Assembly (NCBI GenBank): GCA_030430565.1
Contig: JAUIKS010000008.1
Span: forward strand, 1 to 47,224
Reading direction: 5' to 3'
Length of the DNA stretch: 47,224 nt
From: Polyangia bacterium
GTDB taxonomy: Bacteria; Myxococcota_A; Polyangia; Nannocystales; Nannocystaceae
Under the pieces are notes generated by a model, which worked only from the letters and a program-made list of their open reading frames with translations, did no database searches and had not been told where the DNA came from. Positions 27,853 to 37,695 of the stretch are shown here, piece by piece (position 1 is the first letter of the stretch; each line of letters begins with the position of its first letter). Both the position numbers and the translations under genes were made by a program.

Positions 27853-29610
27853 ATGGCTTTCCATCCTCGAACCTCCGTGACGACCTGCCTCTGCGCGCTC
27901 GCGCTGTCGCTCCCTGGCTGCGGCGATAACACCGGCGGCAGCGACAGCACGGCGGGCAGCTCGGGGAACGCCGTGACGGTGAGCGCCACCGGGTCGATGA
28001 CGCAAGGGACGGTCGACGCGAGCGCGACGGCGGCGACGACCAACGGGCCCGGGGGCATGACCGACGGGTCATCCTCGGGCAGCGGCGGGACCACGACCGC
28101 CGGCACCACCGCGAGCACGGCCGGCTCGACCGCGTCGATGACGGGCAGCGAGACCACGTGGTTCCCCGAGACGACCGGCGACCCCACGACCGGGGCGAAC
28201 ACGACCGGTGAGCCCGTCGACGAGTGCAAGGTCAACGACGACATGGACGCCGTCGGCGCCTGCGAGGATGAGGCGCCGGCCGACAGCTTCGAGCCCGAGG
28301 TTCAGTGGCAGTGGACCGGCCCGCCCGGAGACGATCAGTCCGTCGTCACGCCGCTGATCGCCAACCTCACCGACGACGACGACAACGGCGAGATCGACCT
28401 CTGCGACATCCCGGACGTGGTCGTCGTCGGCGGCACGATCCTGGGCGGGAGCGCGCACATCTACGTGCTCGACGGCGCGACCGGCAGCCAGCACTTCCAG
28501 ATCCCGACGCCGGTCGACGTCACCGTCACGCCCGCGCTCGGCGACATCGACGGCGACGGCCTGCCCGAGATCGTCACGGCCCAGACCGGCGGCACGCTGA
28601 TCGCCTTCGAGCACGACGGCGCCATGAAGTGGACCAGCGACGTCGCCTGGCCGCAGTACTACATCGCCGCGATCGCGCTCGCCGACCTCGACAACGACGG
28701 CGACGTCGAGATCATCGCCGGCGACCGCTTCTACGACCACAACGGGATCCAGCAGCAGGTCTTCCCGTCGGGCGCGCCGCTGTACTCCGCGACGACCGCG
28801 GCCGACCTCGACGGCGACGGTGACCTCGAGGTCGTGATCGGCCACGCGGCCTATCACCACGACGGGACGCCCCTCTACCAGGCCAACGTGGTCCCCGGCT
28901 TCCCGCAGGTCGCCAACCTCGACGACGACCCGCAGCCCGAGGTCCTGATCACCAACACCAGCGGGCTGACGCTGCTCGAGCACGACGGCGCCGTGAAGTA
29001 CCAGGACCTGCGCCCGACGGGTGATCCGGCGGGCGGCAACAACTGGAACCGCCCGGCGACGATCCACGACTTCGACGGCGACGACGTCTCGGAGTACGCC
29101 TCGAGCTCGCGGGACAACTACTCGGTCTACGAGGCCGACGCCTCGATCCTCTGGTCGGCGTCCGTCGCCGACACCAGCGGGATCGCGGCCGGCACCGCCT
29201 TCGACTTCCTCGGCGACGGCGTGGCCGAGGCGATGTACGCCGACGAGCAGTTCATGTTCATCTTCGACGGCGACGGCCAGGTGCTGCTGCAGAACCAGCG
29301 CTCGAGCCTGACCGGCACCGAGTACCCCGTCGTCGTGGACGTCGACAACGACGGCTCCGCCGAGATCGTCGTGGTCTCGAACATCTACAACAACATGAAC
29401 TCTCCGACAGTCCAGGTGATCCGCGACAAAGAGGACCGCTGGATCCAGGCCCGCCGGATCTGGAACCAGCACGCCTACCACGTCACCAACGTGCGCGAGG
29501 ACGGGACCATCCCGCAGTTCGAGCCGCCGAGCTGGGAGCTGCTCAACACCTTCCGCACCAACGCGCAGATCGAGAGCGGCGGACTCTGCGAGCCGCCGAT
29601 CCCGGAGTAG
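27853..29610 (+). CDS. FG-GAP repeat (integrin-alpha-like beta-propeller) lipoprotein
   Basis: MAFHPRTSVTTCLCALALSLPGC signal plus lipobox. T/S/G-rich linker. Seven Ca-binding loops of the type DxDxDG: ADLDNDGDVEII, ADLDGDGDLEVV, HDFDGDDVSEYA, FDFLGDGVAEAM, VDVDNDGSAEIVV. The antisense ORF 28069..29922 was rejected. Confidence 0.75.
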   Translation: MAFHPRTSVTTCLCALALSLPGCGDNTGGSDSTAGSSGNAVTVSATGSMTQGTVDASATAATTNGPGGMTDGSSSGSGGTTTAGTTASTAGSTASMTGSETTWFPETTGDPTTGANTTGEPVDECKVNDDMDAVGACEDEAPADSFEPEVQWQWTGPPGDDQSVVTPLIANLTDDDDNGEIDLCDIPDVVVVGGTILGGSAHIYVLDGATGSQHFQIPTPVDVTVTPALGDIDGDGLPEIVTAQTGGTLIAFEHDGAMKWTSDVAWPQYYIAAIALADLDNDGDVEIIAGDRFYDHNGIQQQVFPSGAPLYSATTAADLDGDGDLEVVIGHAAYHHDGTPLYQANVVPGFPQVANLDDDPQPEVLITNTSGLTLLEHDGAVKYQDLRPTGDPAGGNNWNRPATIHDFDGDDVSEYASSSRDNYSVYEADASILWSASVADTSGIAAGTAFDFLGDGVAEAMYADEQFMFIFDGDGQVLLQNQRSSLTGTEYPVVVDVDNDGSAEIVVVSNIYNNMNSPTVQVIRDKEDRWIQARRIWNQHAYHVTNVREDGTIPQFEPPSWELLNTFRTNAQIESGGLCEPPIPE

Positions 29611-29947
29611 CGGCTCCCTATTTTCACGCGTGATCGCGCAGCTCCGCCGCCGCGAGGGGGTGATACCCTCGGGCGATGCTCTCCCCGCCGCGTGATTGGT
29701 CCGACGCCGCGGGCTGGAACGCGTATTACGAGGAGGAGGACCCGCGCCCCCTGCTCTCGTCCGCGCGCTACTGCGACGAGATGATCGCCTCGCGCGGTCG
29801 CGTGTGGTTCCCCGGCTGCGGCATGGACCCTGGCCCAGCGCTCGCCGTCTTCGTCCACAACACCGGCTAGCAGCAGCCAGCGGCGGAAGGAGCGAGCGAG
29901 GCGGCCCGTGGACTTTCGCCACGATCTGCGACGGCCGGCGCCGTCGC

Positions 29948-31879
29948 TCAGCCCGGCTCGAGGCCGTATGTCGAGCCGTCGACGTAGAGCTTGTCGAGCT
30001 CGTCCGCGAACTTCTTCTCGAGCGCGCCGCGCTTGACCTTCATCGTCGGCGTCAGCTCGCCCTGCTCCTGGCTGAAGTCGCGGGTGATCAAGATGAACCT
30101 TCGGACCTGCTCGACCCGCGCGAGCTCGCGGTTGCCCCGGGCGACCGAGCCCTGGATCCGCTGGCGGAACTCGGGGTGCTCGACAACGCGCGCCATGTCC
30201 TCGGCCAGCGCGTCGCTGCGCCCCGCCGGGTTGGCCATCAGCTCGCGCGTGTGCCGGTCGACCACCTCCTGCGTCACGAGCCCGCGGTCTCGCCCCCACT
30301 CGAGCGTCTCGATCGGCGAGGGCGCGACCACGGCCGAGATGAACTTGCGGCGGTCGCCGTGCGCGTGGACCTGGCTGATCAGCGGGTCCGAGTTCTTGAG
30401 CGCGTTCTCGATGTTCGCGGGCGCGAGGTTCTTGCCGCCAGCGGTGATGATGAGGTGCTTCTTGCGATCGGTGATCTTGAGGAAGCCGTCGGCGTCGATC
30501 TGGCCGATGTCGCCGGTGTGCAGCCAGCCGTCGATCACGGTCTTGTTGGTCGCCTCCTCGTTCTTGAGGTAGCCGACGAACACCCAGTCCGAGCGGATCA
30601 GGATCTCGCCGTCGTCGGCGATCCGGCACTCGACGCCCTCGATCGCCTTGCCGACGCTGCCGAGGCGGACCGCGCCGGGGGCGCTGCAGTGCGTCACGAC
30701 GGTCGCCTCGGTCATGCCGTAGACCTCGTAGATCGGCAGCCCCGCGGCCCAGAAGAACTCGAGGATGTCGTAGGCGATCGGCGCCGCGCCGGTGATGAAC
30801 ACGCGGACCCGCCCGCCGAAGGCCGCGCGGATCTTCTTGAACACCAGCGCGTCGGCGAGCTTGTGCTGGAGCTCGAGACGCAGCGGCACGCGCTCGTCCT
30901 TCAGCACGCGACGGATCCGCGCTCGCCCGACGCGCTCGGCCCAGCGAAACAAGCGCTGCACCGTCTTCGACTGGCGCTCGATCTCGCCGAAGATCTTGGC
31001 GTAGGCCTTCTCGAAGATCCGCGGGACCGAGCCGAATTGGGTGGGCTGGACCTCCTTGACCTCGTCGAGCACGGCGCCGATCGAGCTGGCGTAGGCCGCC
31101 GAGGTCCCCGCGTTGATCCGGCCGTAGAACGAGAGCACTCGCTCGGCGACGTGCGCCATGGGCAGAAACACCAGCGTCACGTCGCTCTCGCGGAACTCGA
31201 AGCTCCCCGCGCTCTGGCCGAGCACCGCGAGGATGTTGCGGTTGCTGATCATCGCGCCCTTGGGCGGGCCCGTGGTCCCCGAGGTGTAGACGAGGATCGC
31301 GATGTCCTCGGGCGCGCGCGCGGCCATGCGCGCCTCGAGCTCGTCGTCCCCCAGCGCCTCGGCGCGAAAGCGCGAGGGCGAGAGCATCCGCGCGTCGCGT
31401 GACGACGACCGCCGGTACAGCTCCTCCTCCCACGGCACGATGTGCTTTAGCGAGTCGAGCCCCTTGACCGCGTCGAGCACGCTCTCGAGCTCGTCGTGCC
31501 CGCTCACGAACACGACGCGGGCCTCGCTGTGCTCGATCAGGTAGCGGATCTGGTCGGGCGACTGCTTGGGGTAGATGCCCAGGCTCACGAGCCCCGCCAG
31601 CTGCGCGCCCATGTCGTAGTAGCACCACAGCGGCTGGGTCGGCCCGAGGATCGCGACGCGCTCGCCCGGCTCGAGCCCGAGCTGGACGAGACCGCCCGCG
31701 ACCTCGCGCGCGCTCGTGAAGAACTCGGCGTAGGTGATGGGCTGCCAGCTCCCACCGCGCTTGGTGAACATCGCGGGGTTCGGCCCGCTCTTCTGCGCGC
31801 GCCGGCGGAACATGTCAGCGAGCGTCCGCGACTCACGGGCGAGCTGGACGGCGGGGATGTCAGGTCCGGTTTTAAGCAT
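29948..31879 (-). CDS. Long-chain fatty-acid--CoA ligase (AMP-binding enzyme family, FadD-like)
   Basis: [15 protein letters not shown] (AMP-binding P-loop). [22 protein letters not shown]-terminal lysine motif. Confidence 0.9.
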   Translation of the reverse strand: MLKTGPDIPAVQLARESRTLADMFRRRAQKSGPNPAMFTKRGGSWQPITYAEFFTSAREVAGGLVQLGLEPGERVAILGPTQPLWCYYDMGAQLAGLVSLGIYPKQSPDQIRYLIEHSEARVVFVSGHDELESVLDAVKGLDSLKHIVPWEEELYRRSSSRDARMLSPSRFRAEALGDDELEARMAARAPEDIAILVYTSGTTGPPKGAMISNRNILAVLGQSAGSFEFRESDVTLVFLPMAHVAERVLSFYGRINAGTSAAYASSIGAVLDEVKEVQPTQFGSVPRIFEKAYAKIFGEIERQSKTVQRLFRWAERVGRARIRRVLKDERVPLRLELQHKLADALVFKKIRAAFGGRVRVFITGAAPIAYDILEFFWAAGLPIYEVYGMTEATVVTHCSAPGAVRLGSVGKAIEGVECRIADDGEILIRSDWVFVGYLKNEEATNKTVIDGWLHTGDIGQIDADGFLKITDRKKHLIITAGGKNLAPANIENALKNSDPLISQVHAHGDRRKFISAVVAPSPIETLEWGRDRGLVTQEVVDRHTRELMANPAGRSDALAEDMARVVEHPEFRQRIQGSVARGNRELARVEQVRRFILITRDFSQEQGELTPTMKVKRGALEKKFADELDKLYVDGSTYGLEPG

Positions 31880-32006
31880 CGCGTTCTTCGCCCTTCCGAA
31901 TCACTGTACCTAGCCGAGCGCTCCCGAGTCAGCTCCCAATCCGCGGAGCTCTACGCGCGGCCTCCCAAAATCGCGCGTGACGCCCAAGCGGCGACGAAAC
32001 TTGGTT

Positions 32007-33341
32007 CTACTCGATCCCGAAGATGCCGGTGAACTCGTCCTGGGCGTCGCGCAGCGCCGCGACCTCCGGGGCGTAGTCCGTCAGCACCATGAGGGCCTCC
32101 TCGAACGCCGGGATCACGCAGACGATGCGACCCTTCGCCACGCCGGGGAAGTCGAATCCGCGCCTGATCAATTCGAGGAGTCGCTCCTGCAGCGCGTTGT
32201 AGGGCGAGGTCGGGAACAGCGGCTCGCCCTCGAGCTCGCCCGAGACGAGCGCGCGCAGCCGGGCCGCGCCCTGAAGCGCGACCGCGCCGTGGCGCTCGAG
32301 CGCGGCGATCCGGTTCATGAAGGCGGCCCGATCGCTCTCCTCAATCGTGTCTCGAAAGACATATTGAAGCTCGAGCGTCGGCGGGCTGCAGCGCAGGCCG
32401 ACCGCGGCGAGGTGCGACGAGACGATGAGGCAGCGCTCGACCGCGTCCTGGTCCTCGCAGCGCGCGCTCGCCAGGCGCCGCGCCTCGAGCGGCCCGCGGC
32501 ACACGCCCGCGCACAGGCCGTCACACTCGCCGCGACACCGCTGCTCGCCGTCGCAGCCCGGCGCGTTCGCGTCGACCAGGCAGTCGCCGTAGCAGTCGCC
32601 GGCACAGAACTCCGGCGTCGGCAGCTCGCAGAGGCCGGCGCACGTGCCCTCGCACGCGCCCGCGCACGCCCCCTCCGCGTCGAAGCGGGTACAGACGCCC
32701 GCGCACTCGCCCCGGCATACGCCCTCGCAGGGCGCCGGCGCCGAGAACACGCAGCTGCCCGCGCACAGCCCCCCGCACGCGCCGGCCGAGTCGAGCTCGC
32801 AGGCGTCGTCGCCGGAGCACTCGCCCAGGCAGGCGCCCTCGCAGCGGCCGAGGCAGCGCGCGAACTCCGGCTCGTTTGGCGTCGCTACCCCGCACCCGCG
32901 CTCGAGCTCGCACAGGGTCTGGGCCGCGAACGCCCCGGCGGCGTCAGCGTGGCAGCGCGGGGGCGTGTAGAGCACCGCGAGCCCGCCCTCGACGTGCTCC
33001 GCGACGTCGGCGTCGATGACCTGCTCGAGCGCGCGGATCAAGTCTACGTCGACCGTCACGCGCTCGCCCCGGTCGAGCGCGCCGTAGGTCCACGCGAGCG
33101 CGAGCGCGCTGGCGTCGAACTCCTCGCGCGTCCTGTCGAACGCGCGGGCGAGCCGATGGGTCGCTAGGTAGTGATAGTCGACCCAGGGGACGACCGAGAT
33201 GTCGAGCTGGCCGATCTCGATACTCCCGCACGGCCCGCAGAATTGCTCACAACCCCCCACGAGCGCCGCGCCGGCGCCAAGGGTCATCCCGAAGCAGAGC
33301 CCGAGGACCCTCGATGCCGTCCGCCGCGTCACGCCTCGCAT
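32007..33341 (-). CDS. Lipoprotein with an extended Myxococcus-type cysteine-rich repeat array
   Basis: MRGVTRRTASRVLGLCFGMTLGAGAALVGGC lipobox. CEGACLGECSGDDACELDSAGACGGLCAGSCVF...CEGVCRGECAGVCTRFDAEGACAGACEGTCAGLCEL (CxGxC periodicity). Upstream R-rich extension discarded. Confidence 0.6.
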   Translation of the reverse strand: MRGVTRRTASRVLGLCFGMTLGAGAALVGGCEQFCGPCGSIEIGQLDISVVPWVDYHYLATHRLARAFDRTREEFDASALALAWTYGALDRGERVTVDVDLIRALEQVIDADVAEHVEGGLAVLYTPPRCHADAAGAFAAQTLCELERGCGVATPNEPEFARCLGRCEGACLGECSGDDACELDSAGACGGLCAGSCVFSAPAPCEGVCRGECAGVCTRFDAEGACAGACEGTCAGLCELPTPEFCAGDCYGDCLVDANAPGCDGEQRCRGECDGLCAGVCRGPLEARRLASARCEDQDAVERCLIVSSHLAAVGLRCSPPTLELQYVFRDTIEESDRAAFMNRIAALERHGAVALQGAARLRALVSGELEGEPLFPTSPYNALQERLLELIRRGFDFPGVAKGRIVCVIPAFEEALMVLTDYAPEVAALRDAQDEFTGIFGIE

Positions 33342-33361
33342 ACTACAACGGCCTCCGAGAG

Positions 33362-33898
33362 CTAGGGTTGAAAGGAGGGGCACGCGTCCAGCAGCGGCGG
33401 CACGAGCTCGGGGCAGAACTCGTCGGTCTCCTTCCACTCCTCGCAGCTGATCTCGCTGAGGCAGACGTAGAAGTCCTCGGCCGCCGCGATGCACTCCTCG
33501 CCGTCGACCGCCCGTAATTCGAAAAAGCCCATGCAGTACTCGAAGGCGTACTCCACGCCTGGGTAGCACTCGGCGTAGTTGTCCTCGTAGCGCTGGCACA
33601 GCTCCTCGATCGCGGCGTCGCCCTCGCTGTCGCTGTCGCTGTCACTGTCACTGTCACTGTCACCATCGCCGTCGCCGTCGCCGTCGCCACCACCCCCGGT
33701 CGCGCTCGTGGCGGTGTCACCCCCGGTCGCGCTCGAGGCCGCGCTGGTCGAGCTCGCGCCGAACGTCCCGGCGCCCGAGGCGTCGGCGCTCGCGCCCTCC
33801 GAGGTGGTCGCGCCGTCATCACCAGCGCACGCGGTGAGCACGACCGCCGCGGCGAGTCGCGCGACGATGACCGCGTAGTGAGGGTTGGAGCGCTGCAT
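33362..33898 (-). CDS. Small Cys-rich lipoprotein with a (DG)(DS)n linker
   Basis: Lipobox VVLTAC. GDGDGDGDGDSDSDSDSDSDSEGD encoded by (GTCRCY)n. C-terminal 70 aa with 8 Cys. 20 nt upstream of the 32007..33341 gene (operon-like). Confidence 0.55.
   Translation of the reverse strand: MQRSNPHYAVIVARLAAAVVLTACAGDDGATTSEGASADASGAGTFGASSTSAASSATGGDTATSATGGGGDGDGDGDGDSDSDSDSDSDSEGDAAIEELCQRYEDNYAECYPGVEYAFEYCMGFFELRAVDGEECIAAAEDFYVCLSEISCEEWKETDEFCPELVPPLLDACPSFQP
33624..33688. repeat. (GTCRCY)n hexanucleotide microsatellite encoding (DS)(DG) linker
   Basis: gtcgctgtcgctgtcactgtcactgtcactgtcaccatcgccgtcgccgtcgccgtcgcc. Confidence 0.85.
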
Positions 33899-33975
33899 GT
33901 ACCCGCTCCTATAGTGCCGTACGCTTCGAGTTCGGTCCCCTCGCCGCGCGCGTGCGCGCGCGCAAACTTGCGCGC

Positions 33976-35760
33976 TCAGCCCGGCGGCTCGTAGATCTGC
34001 TCCACGTCGGCGCCGCCGGGGAACGCGTAGGAGCCGGCGGAGCCGTAGCCGTAGGCGATCACGCCGAAGGGGGCGTCGCCCTTGATCGAGTGCGCGCCCT
34101 CGGAGACCAGGCAGCGCCGCGACTCGTAGTCCACGCCGTCGAGGTTGCCCGCGGGCGTCACCACGCAGTCGCCCGGCTCGACGCCGTCGATGGTGATCAC
34201 GTTGTCCGGCGGCGTCGAGAGCACGACGTAGTTGTCCTCCCAGCCCCAGAAGCCGGCGTCGGAGGGCGTGAGGATCCGGTACTCGTCGCGGAGCTGGTCG
34301 ACGGGCGGGAACACCGTGAGCGCCGGGTCGCCGGTGGAGGGCCCGTCGACGTACTCCTGGCTGATCAGCAGCTGCGCGATCATGTAGGGCTTGGTGCCGG
34401 AGGCGACGAAGTCGGCGTCGGCCCAGGTCGTGCGCACGTCGCCGGGCGTGAGCGTGAAGTTGTCGTAGGGCGCCGGGAGGTTGGTGGTCACCTGCGTGTC
34501 CTCGGCGACGCCGACGAAGCGGATCACGTCGGGCTCGTGGTAGCTGCCGGTCGAGCGGATCGGGCTGCGCGTGACGACGTAGTCGCTGCCGATCGACTCG
34601 ACCGGGAACAGCTGCTCCTCGAGGTGGTCGAGGCAGCAGGTGTCCTCGTCGGTCCAGCCGGGGTGCGTGGGGATCGAGAGCACGCCGCCCGGCGCGGACG
34701 TCGACTCGACGCCGGAGAACACCGCGACGGGCTTGGTCGAGCTAACCACGGTGCCGGTGAGGTCCGCGATCGTCGTCGGGTCGTCCTGGAAGGTGCCGTC
34801 GTCGGTCTCGAGGTTGAGCACGTCGAACGGCCCGAGCGTGACGACGATCTCCTCCCCGGGCCCGGCGGCGGGGATCGGCGGGTTGCCCTTGATCCGCCAG
34901 CTCGGCACCACCGTGACCGTGGTGTCGGGCTCGGTGCCAACAATGGTGACGGCGGAGCGATCGATGATGTTGAAGACCTTGACGGGGTGCCCCGCGGGCC
35001 AGCCGAGTACGCGGTAGAGCTTGCCCAGCGCCGGGGTCGGCAGCAGCAGCGAGGCGTCGTTGGAGAACGCGTTCTTGAACACGTTGAACTGGTAGACGAC
35101 GATCGGCGCGGTCGAGGTGATCCGGAACGCGCGCGACGACAGGCAGGTGCCCGGCGCGGTGTAGTCGTTGGGCATCGCGCCGCAGTCGAGCTCGCGGGTC
35201 GGCAGCTCGACCGGCAGCACGTCGTCGGGGCCGATGGTGAACTCGTCGACGACGACCAGGCTGAGCGGCTCACCGGGATCGGCGATGTTGATCTCGATCT
35301 TGATCGAGGTCTGCCCGTAGCCCGCGTTGGAGATGGCGACGCCCCAGGGCGCGCTCGCCGGGTCGTTAAAACCGTCCTGCTGGTCCATGTCGACGGCCCA
35401 GAACTCGCAGCCGAAGTTCGAGGGCTTGTCGGCCGCGTCGTCGCAGGCGACCACGTCGCCGTCTCCGTCGCCGTCTCCGTCGCCGTTGCCGACGTCGAAG
35501 ATCGGGTCATCGCCGTCGCCGTCTCCGTCGCCGTCGCCGCCCGTCGGCCCCGCAGAGGTCGAGCCCGTCGCGCCGGCGGTCGAGCTCGCGCTGGTGCTGG
35601 AGTCCGCGTTGGTGTTGGTGTTGGTGTTGGTGTTGGTCTCGGCGCCCGTCGGCGGCGGCGTGTCGGAGTCCGAGCCGGCGGGGTCGCCCCCGCCGCAGGC
35701 CAGCGGCGAGAAGACCAGGAACAACGCGGAGGGGAGCAGGAGCCGGCGAGTCAAATCCAT
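33976..35760 (-). CDS. Large secreted lipoprotein (594 aa) with (TN)n and (GD)n linkers and a beta-rich body
   Basis: MDLTRRLLLPSALFLVFSPLAC lipobox. TNTNTNTNTN and GDGDGDGDGD linkers. Many W/Y/F and VT-rich strands. The internal antisense ORFs are low-complexity. Confidence 0.65.
   Translation of the reverse strand: MDLTRRLLLPSALFLVFSPLACGGGDPAGSDSDTPPPTGAETNTNTNTNTNADSSTSASSTAGATGSTSAGPTGGDGDGDGDGDDPIFDVGNGDGDGDGDGDVVACDDAADKPSNFGCEFWAVDMDQQDGFNDPASAPWGVAISNAGYGQTSIKIEINIADPGEPLSLVVVDEFTIGPDDVLPVELPTRELDCGAMPNDYTAPGTCLSSRAFRITSTAPIVVYQFNVFKNAFSNDASLLLPTPALGKLYRVLGWPAGHPVKVFNIIDRSAVTIVGTEPDTTVTVVPSWRIKGNPPIPAAGPGEEIVVTLGPFDVLNLETDDGTFQDDPTTIADLTGTVVSSTKPVAVFSGVESTSAPGGVLSIPTHPGWTDEDTCCLDHLEEQLFPVESIGSDYVVTRSPIRSTGSYHEPDVIRFVGVAEDTQVTTNLPAPYDNFTLTPGDVRTTWADADFVASGTKPYMIAQLLISQEYVDGPSTGDPALTVFPPVDQLRDEYRILTPSDAGFWGWEDNYVVLSTPPDNVITIDGVEPGDCVVTPAGNLDGVDYESRRCLVSEGAHSIKGDAPFGVIAYGYGSAGSYAFPGGADVEQIYEPPG
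35455..35636. repeat. Three microsatellite blocks: (GTCKCC)n at ~35455..35488 and ~35508..35540, and (GTTGGT)n at ~35607..35636, encoding GD and TN linkers
   Basis: gtctccgtcgccgtctccgtcgcc ... gttggtgttggtgttggtgttggtgttggt. Confidence 0.85.
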
Positions 35761-35800
35761 GGCGACGAAGACCTCCTCGGGACCCTAACAAACAACGAGG

Positions 35801-36427
35801 ATGCTACGGTACTTCGATATGCAACGACTCCTGCTCCCCGCGTTGATGCTGCTCACGTTCGGCTGCGAACCAGGCGGTGGCACGAGCGGCGACAGTGACA
35901 GTTCTGCCGGGGCGACGAGCGCGGGCGCGACGATGATGACGTCATCGTCGGGCACGAGCGGCGCGCAGTCGGCCTCCTCGACAGAGATCACGAGCGACAC
36001 GACGAACGCCGCGGGCTCGAGCACCGGCGCGCCGAGCACCGACACCGCGAGCACGACGACCACGACCGACTCGACGGGCTCGACGGACTCGACGGATCCG
36101 ACGGGCGCGATGAGCACCTCCTCCGGCGGCGAGACCACGGGCGATCCCTGCGAGCCTGAGTGGCCCCCGGGTGATCCCTACGGCCCCTGCGAGGCGCACA
36201 ACGACTGCCTGTGGGGCGCGTGCCAGGTGATGATCGGCTACTCGCGCTGCGTGCCGACGGCGACGCCCGCGTGCGACAACCTGTTCTGCCCACCAGGTCC
36301 GAACGGACCGGTGTTCCCGAACGCGGGCAACTTCCCGCCGATCTGCGAGCCTGTCTGCCTCGGGCCGGAGGACTGCGCGGAGGGGGCCGAGTGCCTCGGC
36401 GCGCAGTGCTGGTGGCCGCAGCCGTAG
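35801..36427 (+). CDS. Thr/Ser-rich lipoprotein with a C-terminal 12-Cys domain
   Basis: LLLPALMLLTFGC lipobox (alternative start MQRLLL at 35819). About 100-aa S/T/G-rich linker. CEPEWPPGDPYGPCEAHNDCLWGACQ...CDNLFCPP...CEPVCLGPEDCAEGAECLGAQCWWPQP. Confidence 0.5.
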   Translation: MLRYFDMQRLLLPALMLLTFGCEPGGGTSGDSDSSAGATSAGATMMTSSSGTSGAQSASSTEITSDTTNAAGSSTGAPSTDTASTTTTTDSTGSTDSTDPTGAMSTSSGGETTGDPCEPEWPPGDPYGPCEAHNDCLWGACQVMIGYSRCVPTATPACDNLFCPPGPNGPVFPNAGNFPPICEPVCLGPEDCAEGAECLGAQCWWPQP

Positions 36428-36445
36428 CGACGAATTAGCGCGTGG

Positions 36446-37555
36446 TCAGGCGCGACGTCGACGTCGGGCGAGCAGCGCGAGCGGGAGCGCGAGCAGCCAC
36501 GCCGCGCCGCGCCGATCATGCTGACCGATGAGGCATGTGCAGCCCTGCGCCGCGTCGTCCTCAGCGGCGTCGGGCTCATAGGGCTCGCCGGACTCCTCGA
36601 CGTAGGGCGCGCCCACGCAGCGGTCGAGGAAGTAGTCTTGAAAGCCAGGCGCCGGCTCAGGGCCGTACGCGGCGATCTGCTCGTGCGGGGCGCAGACCGC
36701 CTCGGCGCGCGCGACCTCGCCGGTCTTGAGGCTGACGATCTCGATCGCGCCGCAGTACTCGCCGGCGCTGACCTCGGCGCCGAAGGTGCGCCCCAGCCCC
36801 AGCTCGGTGTGCGAGGAGAGCACCACGCCGACCTCGTCGTCGGCCTGGCCGTCGACGCCCGCGAGCGCGCGCACGTAGGTCGCGCGCCGCAGCGAGTCGT
36901 TGATCTCGACGTCCCACGAGATGCGCGCCACGGGGCTCTGCTGGTCCAGCGAACAGTAGACGGGGCCGCCGCCGCAGCTGTCCATCTCGCCGGTGTCGCA
37001 GCAGACGCGGCTCCCCGACTCGACGTAGCTGACATCGAGCTCGAAGCCCGTGAGCGCGGGCGCGGCCAGGGCCGGCGCGGGCCCGTCGAAGGTCACGAGC
37101 GCGACGTGCTCGTCGACCTGCGAGGCGCCGTAGCTCCCGAAGGCGCCCTCGTTGTCGACGACGATGTGGATGTCGTAGGTGGTCTGGGGCGTGAGCGCCT
37201 GCGCGGGCGTCCACACGAGCATGAAGTTGCTGACGGTGTCGCCCCAGACGTCGTAGCTGCGCACCGGGATCGTCGACAGCGTCCCGGGGACCTCGACGTC
37301 GCCGTCGTAGACCGTGAAGCTGAGCGCGGCGAGGCTCTCGTCGATCGAGACCACGCCGGCGCTGACGTTGAAGCCGATCGCGTCGTCGGTGTGAACCTCG
37401 ATCGGCAGGACCGGGATGTCTTGGAACTCGAGGCCCTCGGACGCGAAGGCCGGCGAGCACGCGCGGGCGGTCGACCACCACGTCGCGCCGAGCAGCGCGA
37501 CCAGGGACCCAGCGAGCGCCGCCCAGCGCCGATATCTCCACCCCGTCGAATTCAT
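36446..37555 (-). CDS. Secreted protein with a C-terminal MYXO-CTERM-like sorting signal
   Basis: MNSTGWRYRRWAALAGSLVALLGATWWSTARAC signal. C-terminus QGCTCLIGQHDRRGAAWLLALPLALLARRRRRA (Cys, hydrophobic helix, Arg cluster at the extreme C-terminus). Confidence 0.6.
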   Translation of the reverse strand: MNSTGWRYRRWAALAGSLVALLGATWWSTARACSPAFASEGLEFQDIPVLPIEVHTDDAIGFNVSAGVVSIDESLAALSFTVYDGDVEVPGTLSTIPVRSYDVWGDTVSNFMLVWTPAQALTPQTTYDIHIVVDNEGAFGSYGASQVDEHVALVTFDGPAPALAAPALTGFELDVSYVESGSRVCCDTGEMDSCGGGPVYCSLDQQSPVARISWDVEINDSLRRATYVRALAGVDGQADDEVGVVLSSHTELGLGRTFGAEVSAGEYCGAIEIVSLKTGEVARAEAVCAPHEQIAAYGPEPAPGFQDYFLDRCVGAPYVEESGEPYEPDAAEDDAAQGCTCLIGQHDRRGAAWLLALPLALLARRRRRA

Positions 37556-37695
37556 CGTCTCGACGGTATCACAGGCAGCCGACGCGACCGCGGCCGCGAG
37601 CCCGGTCCGTCGACGCGTCAGCGCGAAGTCGCGCGCGGTGATGGTTGTTTGCATGCGCAAGCAAACCGCGCGCGCGCGCGACTACAATCACGGGG

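Noticed and set aside
28069-29922. 617-aa minus-strand ORF, plus similar long ORFs at 5616..6929(+), 12669..14636(-), 13022..14257(+), 15957..18137(+), 16018..17283(-), 21370..22518(-), 23401..25098(+), 29475..31628(-), 29696..31402(+), 33952..35898(+), 36518..37699(+), 45795..47165(+)
   Set aside because: Arg/Ala/Gly/Pro-dominated low-complexity translations typical of antisense or off-frames in 70% GC DNA. Each overlaps a gene with recognizable domains or normal composition on the other strand.
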